Of a stretch of 56,058 bases of DNA, positions 39,201-49,006 are shown piece after piece. The stretch is from an uncultured Rheinheimera sp. (lineage in GTDB: Bacteria; Pseudomonadota; Gammaproteobacteria; Enterobacterales; Alteromonadaceae), in contig CBIMJC010000001.1 in assembly GCA_966244125.1 (NCBI GenBank), positions 1-56,058 on the forward strand, read 5' to 3'. The notes beneath the pieces were generated by a model that saw nothing but the letters and a program-made list of their open reading frames with translations, did not search any database and was not told the DNA's origin. The stretch's first letter is position 1. Each line of letters opens with the position of its first letter. The translations under genes were made by a program, and so were the position numbers.

Positions 39201-40400
39201 ATGAATAAACCTTTAGCGGGCATCCGGATTATTGACCTGACCCATATGTTATCCGGGCCTTATGGCGCGATGATTTTATCGGATATGGGGGCTGACACTA
39301 TTAAAGTCGAGCCACTGCAGGGCGAAGGTACACGCAAGCTGCTGGCTTCGGATCCAAAAAATTCGCTGGATGGTTTTGGTGCTTATTACATTACATTGAA
39401 CCGTAATAAACGTTCTGTTGCTATCGATCTGAAAACGGACGAAGGCAAACAAGTGTTTTATCAGCTGGTGCAGCAAGCTGACGTGGTGATCAGCAATTTT
39501 GGTCCCGGTGTGCCGGAGCGTCTGGGCATTGATTACGACAGCCTCGCCAGGTACAACCCACGCATTATTACCTGCACTATTACCGGCTTTGGCTCAAGTG
39601 GACCAGCGGCAAACAGACCGGCTTTTGATCAGGTGGCGCAGGCCTTTGGTGGCGGCATGTCTATTACAGGCCACCACACAGATGAACCCATTCGGGCCGG
39701 TATTCCTATTGGCGATCTGGGCGGCGGTATGTTCAGTGTGATGGGGATTCTGGGCGCTATTATTGAGCGGCAAAGCAGCGGCAAAGGCCAGCATGTGGAT
39801 ATCTCCATGCTTGACTGTCAGATTTCGATGTTGAATTACATGGCCACCATGCACTTTTTGTCGGGCGAAGACCCTTACCCTATAGGCAATTCTCACTTTG
39901 TGCATGTGCCGTACAACAGTTACAAAACCAGGGATGGTCACATTATTCTGGCGGTGATCACGGACAACTTCTGGCAGAACCTGAAAAAGGTAGTGAAAGT
40001 GCAGGAGTTTGAGGACGAAAAGTACGATACCCAGCCCGGACGTTTTGCCGACAAAGCTTTTATCGACGCCACACTGAACAGCATTCTGGCGACCAATACC
40101 AATGCCCATTGGATCCGCCTGCTGGAAGAGGCCCGAATTCCCTGCGCTCCGGTGAACAAATTCAGCGATGCGTTAAACGACTCGCAGGTCCGGCATCGCA
40201 ATATGGTGGTTGAATTACACCACCCGGACGGTAAAAAAACTCAGGGGCCGGGCCACCCCATCAAAATGTCGCGCAGCAATGAAGAAAGTTTTTCGCCAGC
40301 CCCTCATATAGGTCAGCACACCGATGATGTGTTGTCTGCACTGCTGAATTTCTCTGCGGCTGAAATCAGCGAGTTAAAGAGCAAGGGCATTGTGGCCTGA
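39201..40400 (+). CDS. CaiB/BaiF (family III) CoA-transferase, copy 2
   Basis: PLAGIRIIDL, DMGADTIKVEP, NRNKRS, PIGDLGGG. Confidence 0.93.
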   Translation: MNKPLAGIRIIDLTHMLSGPYGAMILSDMGADTIKVEPLQGEGTRKLLASDPKNSLDGFGAYYITLNRNKRSVAIDLKTDEGKQVFYQLVQQADVVISNFGPGVPERLGIDYDSLARYNPRIITCTITGFGSSGPAANRPAFDQVAQAFGGGMSITGHHTDEPIRAGIPIGDLGGGMFSVMGILGAIIERQSSGKGQHVDISMLDCQISMLNYMATMHFLSGEDPYPIGNSHFVHVPYNSYKTRDGHIILAVITDNFWQNLKKVVKVQEFEDEKYDTQPGRFADKAFIDATLNSILATNTNAHWIRLLEEARIPCAPVNKFSDALNDSQVRHRNMVVELHHPDGKKTQGPGHPIKMSRSNEESFSPAPHIGQHTDDVLSALLNFSAAEISELKSKGIVA

Positions 40401-40414
40401 GGGGTGGAAAAAGC

Positions 40415-41335
40415 ATGAGCGAATTTGTCCGAATTAACGATGTAGGCCCACGTGACGGCCTGCAAAATCAGGCCAAAGTATTAACGCCAGAGCAGCGGAT
40501 CCAGCTTATTCATGCTTTGGTTGATGCCGGCTTGCCTGCTATTGAAGTGGGCAGTTTTGTTTCCCCCAAAGCTGTGCCTGCTATGGCCGGAGCTGCGGAA
40601 ATTGTCACCAGTCTGAATCAGGCCGGTGTGAATAAAACAGCCTATCTGCAGTCGTTGGTGCCAAACCAAAAAGGTTATGAGCTGGCAAAAGCAGCAGGAG
40701 CTGAAGCCGTGTTGCTGGTGGTCTGTGCCTCTGAAACCATGAATCAGAAAAATGTGCGTATGGGCATTCAGGATGGTCTGGCGCAGGCGCGCGACATCAT
40801 TCAGCAGGCTAAAGCCGATGCGATAGATGTATTGGCCTGTATAGCTGTGGCCTGGGAATGTCCTTTTGAAGGCAAAACCGACCCTAAAGTGGTGTTGGAT
40901 ATGGCGGCGCTGCTCAGTAGTTTTGGCGCTGATGAGCTGGTGATTGCCGACACTATTGGTGCTGCGACACCCAGGGCTGTGCACAGCCTGATGCGGCAGC
41001 TGAAAGCTCAGCAGCCAGAGCAGTTACTGGCCTGCCATTTTCATGATACCCGCGCTATGGGGCTGGCCAATGTCTATGCCGCACTGGAGGCGGGGATCCG
41101 CCGTTTCGACGCTTCGGTCGGTGGTTTGGGCGGTTGTCCTTTTGCACCCGGAGCCACCGGCAATATTGCGACTGAAGATGTGGTGATGATGCTGCAGCAA
41201 ATGGGTCTGCACACCGGTATAGATTTAACGAAATTAATGGCAGTAGGTCAGTTGGCTGGTGAGATGACCGGCACTGTGACAGGTGGCCGTGCCCATCAAT
41301 GGCGCAGTTTACAGCTGCAAAAAAACGGGCTCTGA
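40415..41335 (+). CDS. HMG-CoA lyase family acyl-CoA lyase, copy 2
   Basis: [28 protein letters not shown]. Confidence 0.92.
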   Translation: MSEFVRINDVGPRDGLQNQAKVLTPEQRIQLIHALVDAGLPAIEVGSFVSPKAVPAMAGAAEIVTSLNQAGVNKTAYLQSLVPNQKGYELAKAAGAEAVLLVVCASETMNQKNVRMGIQDGLAQARDIIQQAKADAIDVLACIAVAWECPFEGKTDPKVVLDMAALLSSFGADELVIADTIGAATPRAVHSLMRQLKAQQPEQLLACHFHDTRAMGLANVYAALEAGIRRFDASVGGLGGCPFAPGATGNIATEDVVMMLQQMGLHTGIDLTKLMAVGQLAGEMTGTVTGGRAHQWRSLQLQKNGL

Positions 41336-41393
41336 GGGTCGGCTGATCCTTATCCTTTATTCCTGTATCCGAGCAGAAAGAATAAAACAGATC

Positions 41394-42830
41394 ATGAATG
41401 GACAAACACTGTACGACAAAATCTGGCAAGCGCATCTGGTGTCTGGTGATGACGAATCGGCGCTGATTTACATTGACCGCCATATCATCCATGAGGTGAC
41501 TTCAGCTCAGGCCTTTGAAGGGCTGAAACTGGCCGGTCGTTCTGTCTGGCGCAGCGATTCGATTCTGGCAACACCTGATCATCAGGTGCCCACCACAGAC
41601 AGGGACAAAGGCAAAGCAGGTTTTACCGATAAGCTGGCTTTATTGCAGGTAACAACGCTGGACGATAACTGTGATGAACATCAGATCGCCTACTTTAAGC
41701 TGCAAGACCAACGTCAGGGCATAGTGCATGTGGTCGGGCCGGAGCAAGGGGCTTCTTTGCCCGGCATGACCATAGTCTGTGGTGACTCTCATACCTCAAC
41801 CCATGGTGCTTTTGCCACTTTGGCTCAGGGTATTGGCACCTCTGAGGTGGAGCATGTGCTGGCCACTCAGTGTCTGCAGCAGAAAAAGTGCAAAAACCTG
41901 CGGATCCGGGTTGAAGGCAAGCTGCAGTTTGGTGTCACGGCCAAAGATATGATTTTGCATATTATTGCGCTGTTAGGCACAGCAGGCGGCACAGGTTATG
42001 CCATTGAATACGCAGGTTCAGCCATTCGCAGTTTATCTATGGAAGGCCGTCTGACGGTGTGCAATATGACGATAGAAGCAGGCTCTGCTATTGGCATGAT
42101 TGCCTATGATCAGGTGACAGAAGACTATCTGCGTGACAGGCCTTATTCGCCTAAAGGTGAAATGTGGGATCAGGCGGTGTTGTACTGGCGCACTTTGGTC
42201 AGCGACAGCAATGCCAAATTTGATAAAGAACTGGTGATCCGGGCTGAAGATATTCAGCCGCAGGTCACCTGGGGCACTAAGCCGGATCAGGTGGTGCCTG
42301 TGACTGCTGCTGTTCCTCCGCTGACCGCTGCCAAAGACCCGGTGCAGCGGTCCGACTGGCAAAGGGCCTTGCAGTATATGGGGCTGGAGCAAGGTGCAGC
42401 CATGACTGATTTGAAGCTGGATCAGGTGTTTATTGGTTCCTGCACCAATGGCCGGATTGAAGATATCCGTGCTGTTGCCAAAGTGGTCAAGGGCAAACAA
42501 GTGGCGCCCTCCATTAAACGCGCCATGGTGGTGCCGGGCTCCGGCCTGGTGAAACAGCAGGCCGAAGCTGAAGGACTGGATAAAATTATCACAGCGGCGG
42601 GGCTGGAATGGCGTTATGCCGGCTGCTCTATGTGTAATGCGATGAACCCGGATTCGCTGGCCAGTGGCGAACGTTGTGCTTCCACCTCCAACCGCAATTT
42701 CGAAGGCCGGCAAGGGCAAGGCGGCCGTACCCATCTGGTCTCTCCGGCTATGGCGGCTGCTGCAGCTATAGCAGGGCATTTTGTTGATATCCGTCAGGTA
42801 GCACTGGCGCAACTGGAAGGGGAGCTGTAA
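41394..42830 (+). CDS. leuC: LeuC-like hydratase large subunit, copy 2
   Basis: [44 protein letters not shown]. Confidence 0.92.
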   Translation: MNGQTLYDKIWQAHLVSGDDESALIYIDRHIIHEVTSAQAFEGLKLAGRSVWRSDSILATPDHQVPTTDRDKGKAGFTDKLALLQVTTLDDNCDEHQIAYFKLQDQRQGIVHVVGPEQGASLPGMTIVCGDSHTSTHGAFATLAQGIGTSEVEHVLATQCLQQKKCKNLRIRVEGKLQFGVTAKDMILHIIALLGTAGGTGYAIEYAGSAIRSLSMEGRLTVCNMTIEAGSAIGMIAYDQVTEDYLRDRPYSPKGEMWDQAVLYWRTLVSDSNAKFDKELVIRAEDIQPQVTWGTKPDQVVPVTAAVPPLTAAKDPVQRSDWQRALQYMGLEQGAAMTDLKLDQVFIGSCTNGRIEDIRAVAKVVKGKQVAPSIKRAMVVPGSGLVKQQAEAEGLDKIITAAGLEWRYAGCSMCNAMNPDSLASGERCASTSNRNFEGRQGQGGRTHLVSPAMAAAAAIAGHFVDIRQVALAQLEGEL

Positions 42831-43471
42831 TGGCCGCTTTTAGGACACATCAGGGTCTGGTTGCTCCTATGGACAGAGCAAATGTTGATACCGATGCCAT
42901 GATGCCCAAGCAGTACCTCAAATGTATTTTCAAAACAGGTTACGGTGGCTGGGCCTTTGATGACTGGCGTTATCTGGACGCAGGGGATGTCGATATAGAT
43001 GTCAGCACCAGGCGGCTGAACCCGGACTTTGAGCTGAATTTTCCCGCTTATCAGGGCGCCAGCATTTTATTGGCGCGGGAGAATTTTGGTTGTGGTTCCA
43101 GTCGTGAACACGCGGTCTGGGGTATCCGGGATCTGGGTTTTAAGGTGATTATCGCCACCAGCTTTGCCGATATTTTTTACAATAACTGTTTTAACAATGG
43201 GATTTTGGCGATCAGCCTGGATCCGGAGCAGATTGACCTGTTGTTTCAGCGGGCTGCAGAGGGATTGCAACTGACCGTCGATTTAGAACAATGTCTGGTG
43301 TTATTGCCCGATGGCGGACAGATGGCTTTTCAGATCGAACCCAAACGCCGGGAGAAAATGTTAAAAGGTCTGGATAACGTGGCCACCACTTTATTGCAGC
43401 GCCAGGCCATTCAGTCCTTTGAAAGCCGCCACCGCGGCAGCCACCCTTATTACTTTTTAAGCTTGAGGTAG
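42830..43471 (+). CDS. leuD: LeuD-like hydratase small subunit, copy 2
   Basis: NVDTDAMMPKQYL, NFGCGSSREHA; TAATG overlap. Confidence 0.92.
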   Translation: MAAFRTHQGLVAPMDRANVDTDAMMPKQYLKCIFKTGYGGWAFDDWRYLDAGDVDIDVSTRRLNPDFELNFPAYQGASILLARENFGCGSSREHAVWGIRDLGFKVIIATSFADIFYNNCFNNGILAISLDPEQIDLLFQRAAEGLQLTVDLEQCLVLLPDGGQMAFQIEPKRREKMLKGLDNVATTLLQRQAIQSFESRHRGSHPYYFLSLR

Positions 43472-43478
43472 GCCCTTG

Positions 43479-43524
43479 GGGCTGGTCTGTCGTTGGTTCC
43501 CTCCAGCAGCCAGCCCGTTTTTTT
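43479..43524 (+). terminator. Rho-independent terminator after leuD copy 2
   Basis: GGGCTGG...CCAGCCC then GTTTTTTT. Confidence 0.65.
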
Positions 43525-43558
43525 ACCCCGGAGCAGTTACAAATTCAGGTGAGCCACC

Positions 43559-44719
43559 ATGCCGATTTTATTTTTCACAGTGCTGATTGACCTGATAGGT
43601 TTTGGCATGGTGATCCCGATTTTACCTTTTATGGCGCCGCAGTTTGGCGCCAGCCAATTCGATATTGCCATGTTGATCGTTGTCTACTCTGTCTGTGCCG
43701 GTCTGGTCGGAGGCTGGTGGGGCAAACTCAGTGACAGACTGGGCCGAAAACCTGTGATTATCTTTTGCCTGCTGGTGACAGCTTTGTCTTATCTGTTGCT
43801 GGCTTTTGCTACCAGCTTAACGGCGGTCTATGTCGCCCGTATTGTGGCGGGCAGTGTCGCCGGTATTTATGGTGTGGCGTCTGCTATGGTGGCGGACTTA
43901 TCCAGCCCGGAGCAACGCGCCAAAAGTATGGGCTTCATAGGTTCAGCTTTTGGTTTGGGTATGGTGGGCGGCCCTTTTTTAGGAGGGGTTCTGGCAGGGG
44001 ATGAGATTAACTTCTTTTTGCCCTCTATGGTGGCGGCCAGTTTATCTGTAGTGGCAGCTCTGTTGGCTATGCTGAAGTTGCCTGAATCCCACGGCCGGGA
44101 GCAGCGCCTTGCCTACAAGGCCTGGCGCAACGAAACCGGCAAAGTCCGTTTTATGCAGTTGCTGAAACAAACCCGCAACAGCTGGCTGATCACTGAGTTT
44201 TTATTGCACTCTATGCTGGTCTCCACCGTCACTTATCTGTTTCCGCTCTGGATGGGCGAAATCTGGCACTGGGGGCCGACTCAGGTGGGGATAGTCTTTG
44301 GCATTCAGGGGCTGTTGATGGCTGTGCTGCAGGCCAAACTGGTGGGCGTATTGAGCCATAAGTTTGGTGAACTCAATGTACTGACTGGGGCTATTGTGCT
44401 GCTGACTTCTGGTTTTGTATTGGCGAGTCTGGCGGAGCAGGAACACTGGATGATCCTGAGTTTCTTTTTAGCTATTACAGGGGCCAGCAGTTGCTCGCCA
44501 GTGCTGAATGCTTTGTTGTCTAAGCGCACGCCACTGGAATACCGTGGCCGCATGATGGGCAGTGCCAGTGCTATGGGGGCATGGGGCCGGGTATCCGGGC
44601 CTTTGCTGGCTGGTACTTTATTGACTTTTTCCGGTTTTTCTTTGGCCTGGGCTGCTGGCATTCTGGTGGGCTTGCTGTTTTTAAGCTGGCCTTTGTACGA
44701 ACGCAAGAGCCAGCATTAG
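43559..44719 (+). CDS. MFS transporter, TetA/DHA1-like
   Basis: D.IGFG..IP, GKLSDRLGRKPV, G.AFGLG...GP..GG motif C. Confidence 0.92.
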   Translation: MPILFFTVLIDLIGFGMVIPILPFMAPQFGASQFDIAMLIVVYSVCAGLVGGWWGKLSDRLGRKPVIIFCLLVTALSYLLLAFATSLTAVYVARIVAGSVAGIYGVASAMVADLSSPEQRAKSMGFIGSAFGLGMVGGPFLGGVLAGDEINFFLPSMVAASLSVVAALLAMLKLPESHGREQRLAYKAWRNETGKVRFMQLLKQTRNSWLITEFLLHSMLVSTVTYLFPLWMGEIWHWGPTQVGIVFGIQGLLMAVLQAKLVGVLSHKFGELNVLTGAIVLLTSGFVLASLAEQEHWMILSFFLAITGASSCSPVLNALLSKRTPLEYRGRMMGSASAMGAWGRVSGPLLAGTLLTFSGFSLAWAAGILVGLLFLSWPLYERKSQH

Positions 44720-45591
44720 CTGGCATCGTATTTTTTCGCTTGCTCCAGCAGCTGGTCTGCATCAAGCAACTGGTTGATTTGATTGAGGTCCAGCAGAGGC
44801 TGGCTGAACTGACGGGTTTCGCCATGCTGCTTAATATGCTGCAGCAACGCCTGAGCTGTGGGCACAAAGACATGCAGCAGCGCCACAGGGTAGAGTGCTA
44901 ACCTGTAGCCCAATTCAGCTAACTGGGCTGCACTGGCGACAGGGCTGGCACCGCCTTCGACCAGGTTATGCACCAGCGGTACTTTGCTGCCAAACTCCCG
45001 GGCTATCAGCTGCATCTGCTCCAGGCTTTTTGGTGCTTCGATAAAGAGTAAATCGGCACCGGCGTCCAGATAACGGCGGGCTCTTTCCATCGCATCGTCA
45101 AAACCTGTCACGCCCAGAGCATCGGTGCGGGCCACCAGCAGGGTTTGTTCACTGCTTCTGCTGTCGACAAAGGCGTGAATTTTACCGACCATCTCGGCGC
45201 AGCTGACCACATTTTTACCTTTCATATGGCCGCAGCGTTTGGGCATCACCTGATCTTCCATTTGCATGGCGCTGGCCCCGGCGCGCTCAAACACCCGCAC
45301 CGTACGCTGTACATTCAGCGCATTGCCAAAGCCTGTGTCTATATCGACAACCAACGGCAGCTCGCTGATTTCACGCATCAGCGCAATGCACTGGGCCACT
45401 TCGCTCATGCTAATCAGGCCCAGATCCGGTATACCAAAACGGGAAAAGGCTAGTCCGGCGCCTGAGACAAAACCAAGCTCAAAACCGGCCTGCTCCACCA
45501 GCCGGGCGCTCAGGCCGTCGAATACCCCCGGCGCTTTGAGCACAGCGGGTTTGGCCAGCGCTTGTTGCAGTCGTTGACTGTGTGTGGTCAT
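44716..45591 (-). CDS. Isocitrate lyase/PEP mutase family lyase (2,3-dimethylmalate / 2-methylisocitrate lyase-like)
   Basis: PGVFDGLSA, DIDTGFG, EDQ..PKRCGH, ARTDA. Confidence 0.9.
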   Translation of the reverse strand: MTTHSQRLQQALAKPAVLKAPGVFDGLSARLVEQAGFELGFVSGAGLAFSRFGIPDLGLISMSEVAQCIALMREISELPLVVDIDTGFGNALNVQRTVRVFERAGASAMQMEDQVMPKRCGHMKGKNVVSCAEMVGKIHAFVDSRSSEQTLLVARTDALGVTGFDDAMERARRYLDAGADLLFIEAPKSLEQMQLIAREFGSKVPLVHNLVEGGASPVASAAQLAELGYRLALYPVALLHVFVPTAQALLQHIKQHGETRQFSQPLLDLNQINQLLDADQLLEQAKKYDAS

Positions 45592-45601
45592 GGTAGCGCC
45601 C

Positions 45602-46381
45602 CTATGCCGGAATACTGGTGTGTTCGGCCAATAAGGAACCAAAACCACGAATACGATCCGGAATACCGTTGCTGCGCAGCGCGTGCCAGAAGGTCAGCGC
45701 ATTGATAGCCAGCACTGGTTTGCCAAGCTCCAGTTCCAGTTGGGCAGCCAGCTCAACAAAATACAAATTAGTGCCTGCCTGTAAAATCAGGTCCACATCA
45801 TCACCATTGACCTGATCCACCAAAGCGCGGGTTTTGGCAAAATCTTCATGCGCAATCTCCACAGGACCTGGCGAACAGTGTCCGGCAATTCGTACCACTT
45901 CGTAGCCGATATCGGCCATAAATTTCACCACCTGATTGTCACCTACCGGCATATAAGGCGAAATCACGCCAATACGTTTTACTTTGGGGTAACATTTCAG
46001 CGCATCCATAATGGCCTGAGCACCAAAGGTGATGTTGCAGTGGCCTTTAGCCTGTGCTATGTCGTTGTATTTTTTGAATTCGCGGTCTGAGCGGCCTTTG
46101 CCGTCCCAGAAGGTTTCTGCTGAATAGCCAAAAATGACATGGTCGGGACGACAAGTCAGGGCATCCAGCAAACCTTGTTCTGTGGCCGCACCTATTGCTT
46201 GCACCATTTCGACAAATTCCTGCTCATTGGTCACTTTAAAGGGCGGGATCACACAGGCCCTGGTAGCCAACACCACACCTTCAGGGCACATTTTGTGGTA
46301 CTCAGTTTCTACTGCTGTGTTGGTGGATGGCACCAGTACAGCGAATTTTTTGCGGTAACCGTAATAATCCAGAGTTTTCAT
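45602..46381 (-). CDS. Asp/Glu racemase superfamily protein, copy 2
   Basis: VPSTNT.VE, SAETFW.G, SPY, AGTNL, LGKPV..IN...FWHALR; paralog of 37196. Confidence 0.85.
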   Translation of the reverse strand: MKTLDYYGYRKKFAVLVPSTNTAVETEYHKMCPEGVVLATRACVIPPFKVTNEQEFVEMVQAIGAATEQGLLDALTCRPDHVIFGYSAETFWDGKGRSDREFKKYNDIAQAKGHCNITFGAQAIMDALKCYPKVKRIGVISPYMPVGDNQVVKFMADIGYEVVRIAGHCSPGPVEIAHEDFAKTRALVDQVNGDDVDLILQAGTNLYFVELAAQLELELGKPVLAINALTFWHALRSNGIPDRIRGFGSLLAEHTSIPA

Positions 46382-46437
46382 AGGTTTTAGTCCTCAGTTC
46401 ATTGGTTCGGAGTGAATCTGTAATTCGTGAGTTGGGT

Positions 46438-47625
46438 TTAGTTGACTGACCACTGCCTCTGAATAGCCTGTGCCAGAAAAAACAGCGCAATAACACAGCA
46501 GGTGGCAAGTATTAGCGGGCTTTGTATGCCAAACAGCAGGTAGATGCTGCCAGTGGAAAAGGTCGCCAGAGTGCGGGCCAAAGTGCCGGCTGATGAAAAC
46601 AGCCCCATTACCCGGCCTTTTTGATGGGCTGCAGCTTTTTGTGACACCAGACTTTGAATGCAGGTCAGCATTAAGCCTGTGGCGGCGGCCTGCATTGACA
46701 TCGCCAGCAACACCAGCCAGTACAGCTGACTGGCGCCACTGCCGATCATCAGCAGCATAGCCACAGCGTAGAGCCAGGCACTGAATTTCAGCAGTGTCTG
46801 TTCACCGTATGTCCGGCTGAGTTTGCCAACCAGACCACCTTGCACCACAGCCAGCGTAAGACCTGACACCAGCAGCATAGGGGCCAGCCCCTGAGGGCCG
46901 CTGATCAGGGCCAGATCTTTAGCCCAAAGCGGGAAAATCGATTCGAATAAGCCTGCGGCCAGGTTAAACAACACACCACAGCAGATAATCAGCAGCAGAA
47001 CCCGCTGAGAAAACACAGCTTTTAATGCGGTCCAATGTGACTGCGATGGTGCGGTGCGATTCTGCCGCCGCAGTTCTTTGCTTAAACTTTCTTTCAGAAA
47101 TAACGCGATACCAATAAAGGAAATAAAAGACAAAGCCGCCGAGGTGAGAGCTGGCAGCATAAAGTTGGCTGCCGCAAACTGATCGCCGGCCATAATGCTG
47201 CCCAGCGCCGGACCTATGACAAAACCCAAACCAAAGGCGGCTCCAATCATGCCCATACCTTTGGCTCTGTTGGATTCATCCGTGATATCGGCAATGTAGG
47301 CCTGGGCTGCTGCAATATTGCCTGCCATAGCACCGCTGAGTAAGCGGGATAAAGCAACCAGCCACAAGCTGTCGGCAAAAGCCAGCAACAGATAACCCAG
47401 GCAGGCTCCAAACATACTGAGCATCAGCACTGGTTTGCGGCCATAACGATCACTTAAGCGGCCAAGCAAAGGTGCTGAGCAAAACATGGCCAGCGAATAC
47501 AAGCCCATCAGCAGGGTGGCTGTCTGAGCGCTGCCGCCCAGCTCAAGCACGTAATAGGCAAAAATAGGGATCATGATGCCAAAGCCAATCATATCGGCGA
47601 GGATCAGCAGAAAAATATTCAGCAT
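46438..47625 (-). CDS. MFS transporter, TetA/DHA1-like (paralog of 43559)
   Basis: DMIGFG..IP, GRLSDRYGRKPV, AQAYIADIT, GAAFGLGF.IGPALG. Confidence 0.92.
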   Translation of the reverse strand: MLNIFLLILADMIGFGIMIPIFAYYVLELGGSAQTATLLMGLYSLAMFCSAPLLGRLSDRYGRKPVLMLSMFGACLGYLLLAFADSLWLVALSRLLSGAMAGNIAAAQAYIADITDESNRAKGMGMIGAAFGLGFVIGPALGSIMAGDQFAAANFMLPALTSAALSFISFIGIALFLKESLSKELRRQNRTAPSQSHWTALKAVFSQRVLLLIICCGVLFNLAAGLFESIFPLWAKDLALISGPQGLAPMLLVSGLTLAVVQGGLVGKLSRTYGEQTLLKFSAWLYAVAMLLMIGSGASQLYWLVLLAMSMQAAATGLMLTCIQSLVSQKAAAHQKGRVMGLFSSAGTLARTLATFSTGSIYLLFGIQSPLILATCCVIALFFLAQAIQRQWSVN

Positions 47626-48407
47626 AGGAAGTCCTGTGGGCTCAGGGCAGGTGTATGGATCTGATGGGTGTCCAGCTCTACCTGCCAACACTGCTCTGGG
47701 TTTTGTTGCCAGTGATACTTCAGCAACAAGCCCCTGGCATCAGTCCAGAAGCTGGCGTTGTCCTGCTGCTGATAACGCTCTGACAGATAGTGGTATCGCT
47801 CTGCCTGATAACTTTGGCCATGAAGTTCAATCTGTTCTTCAGCCTGCAGCTGTGCACTACGCAGGTGTTCTGTCGGTTGCAGCAACGTATTTCTGTCTGT
47901 TGGGTTGTTTATATCCGGCACCAGTGTGGGCAGGGGGCCAGCATGCGCCAGTTGCCGGATCACAGCACCACTGAACACCCGTAGCAGCGGGAAATACAAA
48001 AAGGGCTCTGCTTTGTGCTGCTGGCTATGGCTTATGCCGGTGTGATCTGTCCGGTAGAGCTGCAACTGCCGCTGCTGCTGACAAAACTGATACAAAGCCC
48101 TGATCTCAGTCTGGCCTGCCTGTTGCCAGCGGATTTCACTGTCAAAACCAGCAGGCAATGGCAGGTTTTGGGCGGAAGACGGCGGCAGCTGTTGGCACAA
48201 ACTCACCAGCAAAGTAGCCTGCAGGCTTTCGATAAAACGTGCGCTCTGAGTCAGGCTCTGGCCTGCAGAGTTCTGCGCTTTCAGCCAGGGTTCGGTAATG
48301 GCTTGCAGCTGGCCGTTCAGCAGATAGCGGTAACAGCCCTGTTCGGTCAGCTGGTAACCTCCGGGCAGGGGCAAGGCCTGCAGCAAGCGGCTGAACAGAT
48401 CATGCAT
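47619..48407 (-). CDS. Hypothetical protein (beta-rich)
   Basis: 262-aa ORF overlapping both neighbours in the operon. Confidence 0.65.
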   Translation of the reverse strand: MHDLFSRLLQALPLPGGYQLTEQGCYRYLLNGQLQAITEPWLKAQNSAGQSLTQSARFIESLQATLLVSLCQQLPPSSAQNLPLPAGFDSEIRWQQAGQTEIRALYQFCQQQRQLQLYRTDHTGISHSQQHKAEPFLYFPLLRVFSGAVIRQLAHAGPLPTLVPDINNPTDRNTLLQPTEHLRSAQLQAEEQIELHGQSYQAERYHYLSERYQQQDNASFWTDARGLLLKYHWQQNPEQCWQVELDTHQIHTPALSPQDFLC

Positions 48408-48885
48408 GGTGAATCACTTCTATCAGCTCCACCAGCAGCCCACCTGTGGTGGCCGGGTCCAGATAGACCATCTTTTTTGCACTGGTCGAAGTTTTGGTCA
48501 TGGTAATCACCCCGTCCGGTGTGACATGACCGGGCTTAATGCCGTGGCTGGCCAACAGTTGCATAGCGCCGTCTATATCTTTCACTTGCCAGGCCACATG
48601 ATTAATACCGGCACTGCCACTGGCGCCCGGTGTCAGCAGCAGCTGTTTGAAATGGGCTGAAATGGGTTCGATCAGCTCAAACTCCATGTCTTTTACTTTA
48701 ATCAGCGCAAAACGTGCTGGCACATTGTCTGTCTGCTCAAAAGGCGGCAGCACCAGAATATCGGCCGCCGAAACACCGTACAGCCGCTGAAAGTCGGCGA
48801 TGCTGGCGGCCAGGTCGGCCACTATATGGCCAACATGCACAAAGCCAAGGATATGGTCGGACAGGATCTGTGGGGTGCTTGTCAT
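48400..48885 (-). CDS. VOC-family protein, methylmalonyl-CoA epimerase-like
   Basis: HVGHIV, ELIEP, GINHVAWQV.DID, G.LVELIE (H/E/H/E pattern). Confidence 0.82.
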   Translation of the reverse strand: MTSTPQILSDHILGFVHVGHIVADLAASIADFQRLYGVSAADILVLPPFEQTDNVPARFALIKVKDMEFELIEPISAHFKQLLLTPGASGSAGINHVAWQVKDIDGAMQLLASHGIKPGHVTPDGVITMTKTSTSAKKMVYLDPATTGGLLVELIEVIHHA

Positions 48886-48947
48886 CTGTTATTGCGCTCC
48901 GCTTGATCGCAGCATGCACTGCTTTTTATTTTTGCTATTTGACTAAA

Positions 48948-48965
48948 TGATATATTATTAATACA
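48948..48965. promoter_or_regulatory. Island operator palindrome, site 8 (TGATATATTATTAATACA)
   Basis: Divergent gap; consensus match. Confidence 0.7.
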
Positions 48966-49006
48966 TTATGTCTATCTTGAAGCAAGATCACAATAAAAGG
49001 CTGTGC

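Noticed and set aside
15725-46381. Classical nicotinate (nic) or purine/allantoin catabolic cluster
   Set aside because: NicF-, maleate-isomerase- and PuuE-like genes are present, but no molybdenum hydroxylase, NicX-type dioxygenase, uricase or allantoicase is recognisable, and these pathways do not explain the RCCR- and NOL-like genes. Another N-heterocycle substrate is not fully excluded.
43559-47625. Tetracycline resistance genes
   Set aside because: Only generic DHA1 motifs, no tetR, and both are embedded in catabolic operons.
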